DNA of 58,231 bases from a virus (taxonomy: Duplodnaviria; Caudoviricetes), in IMG/VR virus record IMGVR_UViG_3300025759_000107, positions 1-58,231 of that record; one strand, written 5' to 3'. How positions within the stretch are numbered: the first letter of the stretch is position 1; each line of letters begins with the position of its first letter. The notes below the pieces were generated by a model, which was not told the DNA's origin, ran no database searches, and saw only the letters and a program-made list of their open reading frames with translations. Both the position numbers and the translations under genes were made by a program. Positions 51,313-58,231 of the stretch are shown piece by piece.

Positions 51313-51548
51313 ATTTTCTATACTATATACTATTATAATTAATTAAAATTAAAATTAATTAAATTAATTTGAAAGGTTATGGGGGGACACACACACAACA
51401 GGGGTAAGGTGTGTGTGTGCTCAAGGGGGTCTCTCTCCAGTCGAATTAATTTATTTTTTATCTAAGTAGGCTCGTAGTGTATCGTTTTTCCCCTAAATTA
51501 ATTCAAATTAATTCGAGGGGCTTTTTCGCCACATAGGATGATAACACT
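51313..51548. other. Origin-like region: AT-only tract plus palindromic element B
   Basis: About 58 bp of almost pure A/T (51313-51370); CACACACAC...GTGTGTGTG inverted repeat; AATTAATT repeats; inverted homolog of element A. Confidence 0.5.
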
Positions 51549-51692
51549 TTAGGTTTTAGAATACTATATATCAGAGTTATAGGCTTTAATCAAAAAATCA
51601 GTACCAGAATTACTAAATATACCATCGGAATTAATTTTGCCAGTTATAGGCATGAAAAGATATATATTCGATGCCTTCCTCGGAGAAGTCGC

Positions 51693-52622
51693 ATGAACAT
51701 ATTTGTCCTAGACACAGACCACAAGAAGAACGCCAAATACCACGCCAATGTCCACGTAAGTAAAATGACATTGGAGACCGCCCAAATGCTATGCACAGCA
51801 GTGCGAGTATGTATGGAAGACTCTGGCTTCCACACGCACTTCATTGAGAAGACTCTGCCTAAAGCAAAGTCCGGCAAAGCATACCGACGCTCACATCCGA
51901 ACCATCCCTGTACTATATGGGCGAGAGAGAATCGAGCAAACTATCTCTGGCTATGTAGTCTAGGCTATGAGTTATCTAAAGAGTTTACACGCAGGTATGG
52001 TAAAGTACATGCATGTCATACAGTAATAGAACAATGTGCTGCATTATCTCATTACATTCCACAAGACTTAGACAACCCAAGACAAATTACACCATTCGCT
52101 CAAGCAATGCCGGACGAATACAAGGACGAAGACGCAGTAGTAGCATACCGCCGTTATTACAAATCTAAGTTTGACGCTGGAATGAAAATGGAATACCCAG
52201 ACAATAAGACACCATATTGGTTGCATATAGACGAAGTGAAATCTGAATACAGTTTTTCGGAACGTGCTAGTGGTAAATCAAAAGAAGCATGGGCGAGAGC
52301 AAGACAAATACAATTAGAATACTGGTTAGAATGGGCGTGGGAGAATCTTCATCATTATCAAATCAAACACGCTTACCATCGTAGTAATGTTCCAATGTTT
52401 GACATGGGTATGGCTTTCGACGAATGGAAAAAGGTTCGAGGTGAATCTCCGACCAACGAACCTTGGTCGCCATCGAAGACAGAAGCGAAGCACGAACTTA
52501 GAGTCATGCTAGACTACATGAGGGTGAACCACATGAAACATCCAAAAAACATAAAGAAAAACTTGACAAATGTCAAGACTGAACGTAGGGCGGGTAGACG
52601 TTATCCATTCGTTGTGAAATAA
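51693..52622 (+). CDS. Pyrimidine-dimer DNA glycosylase (T4 endonuclease V family) with C-terminal extension
   Basis: MNIFVLD, HVSKM.LETAQML, HPNHPCTIW, NYLWL, EFTRRYGKVH, FAQAMPDEYK, AYRRYY. Confidence 0.85.
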   Translation: MNIFVLDTDHKKNAKYHANVHVSKMTLETAQMLCTAVRVCMEDSGFHTHFIEKTLPKAKSGKAYRRSHPNHPCTIWARENRANYLWLCSLGYELSKEFTRRYGKVHACHTVIEQCAALSHYIPQDLDNPRQITPFAQAMPDEYKDEDAVVAYRRYYKSKFDAGMKMEYPDNKTPYWLHIDEVKSEYSFSERASGKSKEAWARARQIQLEYWLEWAWENLHHYQIKHAYHRSNVPMFDMGMAFDEWKKVRGESPTNEPWSPSKTEAKHELRVMLDYMRVNHMKHPKNIKKNLTNVKTERRAGRRYPFVVK

Positions 52623-52682
52623 TATCATTTACAGCACTCTAAATAGGTGCGGTCAAAAACCCTATCTTGTCTGACATAGGAC

Positions 52683-52829
52683 ATGGACGGAGATAAGATA
52701 TGGGAGATGGACGTAACGGGAAGCCCGAAGGAAGTAGGGATGTTGATTCAATCTCTGATTATAATGAACCCGAATCTTGCGTTCAAGGTTTTCAGAAGGA
52801 AAGACAAAATATGTATCACGGCAGATTAA
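52683..52829 (+). CDS. 48-aa hypothetical protein
   Basis: MDGDKIWEMDV...CITAD*; downstream of TAAATA-GGTGCGG; makes the 52700 start of the next ORF unlikely. Confidence 0.45.
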   Translation: MDGDKIWEMDVTGSPKEVGMLIQSLIIMNPNLAFKVFRRKDKICITAD

Positions 52830-52840
52830 ACAATAAAGAC

Positions 52841-53356
52841 ATGGATAGTGTTCATTCACTCTTTTATCAGATAGTGAATGAACGGGACTGGCGAACGCCT
52901 GTCAATCCTATGGAGTTTGATTGGGTTTATCTCGACGCTGACAATCAAGTTATTCAAGCACGAATTGAAACACCACCTTACGGCGGTCGGTCAACTATTC
53001 ATTTACATCCACGTGCTTTCGAATGGGACAACCCTATTCTATTGAAGGGTCTCATTCACCACGAACTTGTCCACTGGGTAGTCGGTCCAGAGCACGCACA
53101 TGATGAAGTATTCGAGAAGTGTGAGAAGGAATGGAAATACTTTGATATTTACAAAGAAGAAACAATTTTTTTCTCATCATCTCTGAATGAATCCGATGGA
53201 GAATACATTCTGACTTGTAAGAACTGTAATCGAACTATAAGGCGTAAAAAACGGCCTTCTAGCATGTCTGCGTGCAGAAAATGTTGCATTGAACACAATA
53301 ATGGCAATTGGTCGCAAGACTATACATTTCATATAGGTGGGGAATCACCGAGTTAA
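52841..53356 (+). CDS. SprT-like zinc metalloprotease
   Basis: HHELVH...H...F followed by CKNC...CRKC zinc ribbon. Confidence 0.8.
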   Translation: MDSVHSLFYQIVNERDWRTPVNPMEFDWVYLDADNQVIQARIETPPYGGRSTIHLHPRAFEWDNPILLKGLIHHELVHWVVGPEHAHDEVFEKCEKEWKYFDIYKEETIFFSSSLNESDGEYILTCKNCNRTIRRKKRPSSMSACRKCCIEHNNGNWSQDYTFHIGGESPS

Positions 53357-53357
53357 C

Positions 53358-53828
53358 ATGAGCGAAACAGACGCTTCCCTAAAAGAGAAAACACAACAAC
53401 ACATTGCCGAGGCTTTCAGAGCCAACGGTTGCACCACACTTGAAAGAAGTGCGGGAGCAGTCAAATACATGGCAATACGCATGAACGAAGAAAGCCACCA
53501 AAACGTCGCAGCCATTTATGGCGGGCTAGGTACACCTGCAAGCATATGGGTGAAAGACGTGGTGTTCCAAGAAATAAAGGACATAGTAAAAGACGCAGGT
53601 AACTACGTGGACGACGTGAAATATACACACCGAGGCTTCGACTGGCGTATATTCATCGACAACCCTTCCGACCCACTCATTGACATCATTGTTGAAAACT
53701 CGGTCGACTGGGGCAAGCAAGCGTGGGAAAAGTATCTTGTAAGAAAAGAAGCAACTGACTTGAGAAACTCCCGTCGTGCAGAAAGAGAAGCACGTATGGC
53801 TGAAATCAAGAGAGACCCGTTCGCTTAG
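53358..53828 (+). CDS. Hypothetical protein
   Basis: Start MSETDA 22 nt after the GGTGGGG motif. Confidence 0.7.
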   Translation: MSETDASLKEKTQQHIAEAFRANGCTTLERSAGAVKYMAIRMNEESHQNVAAIYGGLGTPASIWVKDVVFQEIKDIVKDAGNYVDDVKYTHRGFDWRIFIDNPSDPLIDIIVENSVDWGKQAWEKYLVRKEATDLRNSRRAEREARMAEIKRDPFA

Positions 53829-53843
53829 GGCGGTGTCGATACT

Positions 53844-54092
53844 ATGACAAACGAAATAGAAGAAATAAACGCAGACGGTGTAACCTATTGGACTTCCAAG
53901 TCTATGGTTGAATGGTTAATGGCGAACACGAATGAAACAGACATAATTGTTTTCAAACCAACGCCATTAATGGGTGAAGAAGAAACAGACGTTGTACTAG
54001 ACTATTCGGTAGGTGCTATCGAAGTAGAAGAGTTTACGCACGTTATCTCCCAACACATTCAAAGTCAACTAAGCGACGCAGAGGGTCAATGA
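53844..54092 (+). CDS. Acidic hypothetical protein
   Basis: 82 aa, GGTG SD. Confidence 0.65.
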   Translation: MTNEIEEINADGVTYWTSKSMVEWLMANTNETDIIVFKPTPLMGEEETDVVLDYSVGAIEVEEFTHVISQHIQSQLSDAEGQ

Positions 54093-54241
54093 GACACCTC
54101 ACTTGTCAAGACTGCCGCAAAATAATAAACACGTACAACACCAATTCGGTCGACGTAAAGTCTGGCCGAATGGACAACCGTTGTGGTAAGTGTTATTTAG
54201 CGTGGAAAAAAGCAGAGCGAAAAAGAAAGGGATTATTATGA
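54089..54241 (+). CDS. 50-aa zinc-finger microprotein
   Basis: CQDC...CGKC, basic tail; ATGA overlaps at both ends. Confidence 0.65.
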   Translation: MRHLTCQDCRKIINTYNTNSVDVKSGRMDNRCGKCYLAWKKAERKRKGLL

Positions 54242-54570
54242 CAGAGAATCAAAAACCAAAACCACGAAATAGAAAACATCGAGTTAACATACAAAGAGTG
54301 TATGACTACTTGGAACAACATGGTCCATCAACTGCAATGAAAATTACAGAAGGTGTCCGAACAAAAGCGGGTACAAGACCGAGGTTGTTTCCAACTACAA
54401 ATCAACTATCTAATCTACTACGTAGAGACGAGCGGTTCATGCACATTAACGACAGGCAACAAACATTGAAGGGTCATTCAACAATAACTTGGGGTCTAGT
54501 TGAATTACATCAAGACTTAATTGACAAACCAGAATATAATACCAATGGTGGGTCAAGAGACTGGAGATAA
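54238..54570 (+). CDS. Winged-helix protein (DUF3860-like)
   Basis: VYDYLEQHGPSTA..I...PTTNQLSNLLRRDERF...TWGL. Confidence 0.7.
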   Translation: MTENQKPKPRNRKHRVNIQRVYDYLEQHGPSTAMKITEGVRTKAGTRPRLFPTTNQLSNLLRRDERFMHINDRQQTLKGHSTITWGLVELHQDLIDKPEYNTNGGSRDWR

Positions 54571-54612
54571 TATTTCACCTTTTATTAAGGTGGGTTTCCC
54601 CTCTAAGTTTCC

Positions 54613-55596
54613 ATGCCTATTTCGGATGAAATAAGACCAAACATTCTGAACGATGTCCTAGGTCAAGACCACATAGTAAAGAGACTCAACCAAATGGTTG
54701 AATCGAATAATTTCAATTGGCCTCATATGATGTTCGCAGGTCCAGCGGGTGTCGGTAAAACTTCGACTGCTATTGCATTAATGCGAACAGCGTTTGGTGA
54801 AAGTTGGAAGGAGAACTGGTTAGAACTGAACGCTAGTGATGAGCGAAGCATCTCCGTTATCAGAACGAAAGTCAAAGAGTTTGCGAGCCGAGGCGTAATC
54901 GGCAGTTACACTGTTGATGGAGAAGAAAAACCAATTCCATTCAATGTGGTCTTTCTTGATGAGGCTGATAATCTCACTCCCGATGCTCAAGCGGCTCTAC
55001 GTAGAATAATGGAAAAGTATTCCAAAACAATATTCATTATCTCATGTAATTACCCTCATAAGATAATACAACCTATTCAAGATAGATGTGCATTCTCAAC
55101 ATCTCGGTTCAAACCAATTGATGATGAAACAATGAGCAACTTCATTTTATCATATGCGAAGAAAACAAAATGTGAGTTTACCGAAGAGGCACTTCAGCGT
55201 ACGATACAATCGAGCAACGGTTCACTAAGGACGTGCGTTAACTTACTCCAGATAATTTGTCTCGTCCCCGGAGAAATCGTAATCGAAGATGTTGAAGATA
55301 TTGTTCAAACAATAAAACCAAAAGAAGCAAAGAAGATTCTTACTTCGATTGCCAAAGCGAAAACACTCGATGCTTATAGAAAGATAGACAAAGACATTGA
55401 CAATCTAATATCACAAGGAATGATGCCCTCAGATATTCTTCATTCAATATACAAACTCACCACGATAGAAGAGAAAATGCCAGACAAACTGCGTCATAAG
55501 ATTCTGACACAAATCGGAACTGCTTTACACCATGTCTCTGTAAGTCAAGACCCCGCACTAGCGTTGAAGTGTTTTGTGCGTAATTTAACGATGTGA
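54613..55596 (+). CDS. rfcS: Replication factor C small subunit (clamp loader)
   Basis: RP..L.DV.GQ, GPAGVGKT, LELNASDER, FLDEAD.LT.DAQ.ALRR, CNY..KII.PIQDRC. Confidence 0.95.
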   Translation: MPISDEIRPNILNDVLGQDHIVKRLNQMVESNNFNWPHMMFAGPAGVGKTSTAIALMRTAFGESWKENWLELNASDERSISVIRTKVKEFASRGVIGSYTVDGEEKPIPFNVVFLDEADNLTPDAQAALRRIMEKYSKTIFIISCNYPHKIIQPIQDRCAFSTSRFKPIDDETMSNFILSYAKKTKCEFTEEALQRTIQSSNGSLRTCVNLLQIICLVPGEIVIEDVEDIVQTIKPKEAKKILTSIAKAKTLDAYRKIDKDIDNLISQGMMPSDILHSIYKLTTIEEKMPDKLRHKILTQIGTALHHVSVSQDPALALKCFVRNLTM

Positions 55597-55600
55597 GTAT

Positions 55601-55798
55601 ATGGCAGTTTGGATGAGAAGTATGATAGGCAACAAGGTAAAAGTAACACTGTTTAATTATCCCGATGATGTAATTAGAATTGGTACTTTAATTGCAGCAG
55701 TTGATGATGACGCATACGGTGGAATCGCCGTTGTAGAATCTGATGGAGACCATATCATTTGTCGTGGAGATAGGACAGTGATAGACTTTGAGCATTGA
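55601..55798 (+). CDS. Small hypothetical protein (possibly Sm-like)
   Basis: 65 aa; MIGNKVKVTL...GTLIA pattern. Confidence 0.55.
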   Translation: MAVWMRSMIGNKVKVTLFNYPDDVIRIGTLIAAVDDDAYGGIAVVESDGDHIICRGDRTVIDFEH

Positions 55799-55913
55799 GC
55801 AATTCTTGGGTACAGTATTGTTGGGTTTTATTATAGTAATGCCCTCTCTTTGGTGGGTGAAACAATACATTTACCAATGGCTTCAAGACTTTATTGAAGA
55901 ATATAATAGATAA
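55788..55913 (+). CDS. 41-aa membrane peptide
   Basis: TTG start; FLGTVLLGFIIVMPSLWWV hydrophobic segment; fills the intergenic gap. Confidence 0.4.
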   Translation: MSIEQFLGTVLLGFIIVMPSLWWVKQYIYQWLQDFIEEYNR

Positions 55914-55946
55914 CATGTTATAAAGATGGGAATACTGGTGTGTATT

Positions 55947-56171
55947 ATGACCGCAGAGTTTGAGGACGACAATCAAAGAATACTTGAGATAATAAAAGAG
56001 AGAATGAAAGTAGGCCAAGAGAGATACGGTCATGGTATGAGAATAGATGATGATACCAAACAGTACGGAACTAAAAAGAACTCATGGACTGAAATGGGAC
56101 TAGAAGAAATCCTCGACCTTGTTATTTATCTATCAGCGCAAATCTTACGTAAACTGGATGAAGAAGAATGA
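55947..56171 (+). CDS. Small all-alpha NTP-pyrophosphohydrolase-like protein
   Basis: ERMKVGQERYG...W.EMGLEEILDLVIY pattern. Confidence 0.55.
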   Translation: MTAEFEDDNQRILEIIKERMKVGQERYGHGMRIDDDTKQYGTKKNSWTEMGLEEILDLVIYLSAQILRKLDEEE

Positions 56172-58231
56172 TTTGGAATGACTTACTCATCGTCTCGGTG
56201 AGAGCAATAGAGAAGCCGACTAAATGGTGGACGGAGATTCGTGCGAAGAATCTCGAAGGTGAAACAATAATCATCAAAATAATTGATTGCCAACCTAAGT
56301 TTTGGACTGAAGTTTCAGACTACGATTCTGAACTTGTTAAAACGCCTTTGGAAATACTTGCTACGGATAAGCGTAGCATAGAAGGAAAACAACTCTGGGA
56401 AGTACAGGTCCAGAAACCATCCGAGATTCGAGAAGTAAGAGACCATTTCTTCCCTCACTATTGTGCAGATGCGAAGTGGGGTTCACTTGTTAGATGGATT
56501 TACGGATGGACAGCAGTTGTTAGAGTTCCACTCGGTTCTATGACAAAGGCAGAGGATGGGTCTTATGTTTGTTCTCATGACAAGATTAAACCATCTGATA
56601 AAGAAGTTGATGACTTTACTATCGACTTACTATACTACGATATTGAAACAGCCGATTCTTTAGATATGGAAAACGCTCCAGAAAGAATAGTTTCTATCGC
56701 TATTTATGATGAGGCTACGGACATACATGAGATAGGAACAACTGTTCCATGTTCAACTCGAATGGTGAAGAAGTTTCTTGCATCTCAAGAAGCCCTTGAA
56801 TCAGTTGTCGAACATACGAATCCAATCCCACCACTTGACCCCGATAAGATAGTTGTCAAATGTTTCGACCAAGAAGATGAAGATGAAAGAGAAGCGGCTT
56901 TACTTTGGTGGTTCAATAATCGAATCAAGCATTATGACCCAGACGCACTTGCCGGACAGAACATAATTGGCTACGACCATCCTTACGTTATCAATAGATG
57001 CCGTGTGATGAATGAGAAAAATAATCGCTCGAAAACTCCTTCGGTAGAACACACTTTTCCAAATATGAAATACATCAAATACATGCCATTCTTTGATACG
57101 AAGATTGCCTACGCTGAACAAGTGCAAGGTGCGGCGGCTACTACTGGAGCGGCTAGTCTATCTTGGATGGCAGGGGAGACTCTAGGGTACGGTAAAGTGC
57201 CTAGAACTAGAATCACTGACCTTATGGTGAAAGACCCAGTTATGTTATGTGTTTACAACGCATGGGATAATGTATGTGCAGCAAGATGTATGTCTGAATT
57301 GAATCTACTTCCTTTCTATATTACCAAGACTGCTTATCACAACTCAACACTTCAACATAGCCATAGTAATATGTTGCTCGTAGAAGATATGATGGGTCAT
57401 CTATTGATGGATGAGAATATAGTCATGCCTAGTGCATCTCTGACCGCCTCTAAGATAGAAGGGGGTATCGAAGCAGGTGGGTTCGTTATGGATGCACCAA
57501 CTGGAGTTTACGAATGTGCGTTTGAAGTCGACAACTCGATGGAATATCCATCGGCTATGATTACTGGCAACTTCTCACCGGACACCAAAGTAAACAAAGA
57601 AGATTATCCCGATGGGTTTCCATTCCCAGTTACAATAACCCCTAGTGGTAGATACTATCGAAGAGATACAGAAGGTATCATGCCGAGGGTTCTCAGAACA
57701 CTGGCTCAAACTAGAGAAGAAACAAGAGGTGCAATGAAGTACGTTGAGTATGGTAGTGAAGAGTATCAATCACTTGACCGTCGCCAGAGAGTTATGAAGG
57801 AAAATATGAACTCATGGTATGGTGTATTAGGAAGTGGTAAAACGGAGAAGACAAAGAGACGACCTTTCAGACTAGCCGACCCAGAAATCGGTTCTGATAT
57901 TACCGAAGTTGCTAGAATGCATAATGATTGGAATAAACATTACATCCAAGAGAGAGTATTAGATTGGGAAGGTATCGAGGTTCACTTCGATGTTCTATAT
58001 CAAGATACAGATTCTTGTAAATGTGCAATCAAAAATCTGGCTGAACTCAGAAAGGTGAGACCCGTTCTACGCAGCGACGTAGAGAAGTTTGCCGAAATAC
58101 TCTGTGAGGAACTAAACGATTCATTCGACGACTTCGTAAAAGAAACTTTGAATGTAGATAAAAATGAGTTTTTCAGAATCAAACCCGATGCGTACTACGC
58201 TCGATACTTCCAATGGGGAGTAAAGAAAAGA
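56168..58231 (+). CDS. polB: Family B DNA polymerase (3' end outside window)
   Basis: ExoI YYDIET, ExoII GQNIIGYDHPY, ExoIII YNAWD; motif A DNSMEYPS, motif B KENMNSWYG, motif C YQDTDS; absent from the track because it has no stop in the window. Confidence 0.95.
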   Translation, partial: MIWNDLLIVSVRAIEKPTKWWTEIRAKNLEGETIIIKIIDCQPKFWTEVSDYDSELVKTPLEILATDKRSIEGKQLWEVQVQKPSEIREVRDHFFPHYCADAKWGSLVRWIYGWTAVVRVPLGSMTKAEDGSYVCSHDKIKPSDKEVDDFTIDLLYYDIETADSLDMENAPERIVSIAIYDEATDIHEIGTTVPCSTRMVKKFLASQEALESVVEHTNPIPPLDPDKIVVKCFDQEDEDEREAALLWWFNNRIKHYDPDALAGQNIIGYDHPYVINRCRVMNEKNNRSKTPSVEHTFPNMKYIKYMPFFDTKIAYAEQVQGAAATTGAASLSWMAGETLGYGKVPRTRITDLMVKDPVMLCVYNAWDNVCAARCMSELNLLPFYITKTAYHNSTLQHSHSNMLLVEDMMGHLLMDENIVMPSASLTASKIEGGIEAGGFVMDAPTGVYECAFEVDNSMEYPSAMITGNFSPDTKVNKEDYPDGFPFPVTITPSGRYYRRDTEGIMPRVLRTLAQTREETRGAMKYVEYGSEEYQSLDRRQRVMKENMNSWYGVLGSGKTEKTKRRPFRLADPEIGSDITEVARMHNDWNKHYIQERVLDWEGIEVHFDVLYQDTDSCKCAIKNLAELRKVRPVLRSDVEKFAEILCEELNDSFDDFVKETLNVDKNEFFRIKPDAYYARYFQWGVKKR

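Noticed and set aside
56900-58182. Short minus-strand ORFs at the window end
   Set aside because: Antisense to the uninterrupted polB frame starting at 56168

Overview
58-kb segment of a tailed dsDNA virus (Caudoviricetes) that most likely infects a marine archaeon (magrovirus-like, Poseidoniales/MG-II host inferred). Support: an archaeal-type replication set (PolB, RFC, PCNA-like clamp, PriS-PriL fusion, XPD/DinG, XPF/ERCC4), TATA promoters about 29 nt before leaderless ATGs, and GGTGA-type Shine-Dalgarno sites. Gene order: tail module (tube, -1 frameshifted chaperone, tape measure, two giant tail proteins, hub) interrupted by an inverted GroES/GroEL pair; replication/recombination module; three collagen-like fibre genes; a modification cluster (sulfotransferase, three DNA MTases, WbdD-like methyltransferase-kinase); a putative small terminase followed by phased 11-bp repeats; an early region of repeated promoter cassettes including ArdC; a 1.1-kb non-coding block; repair genes, RFC and a PolB truncated by the window end. 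The most unusual signals are non-coding: a ~450-nt richly base-paired RNA candidate with its own promoter (50842-51291) next to an origin-like AT-rich element; a diverged inverted copy of that element 32 kb away; two smaller structured RNA candidates; two distinct promoter classes; and apparent avoidance of GATC, AGCT and CCWGG. All calls come from reading motifs by eye; no database searches or folding programs were run.
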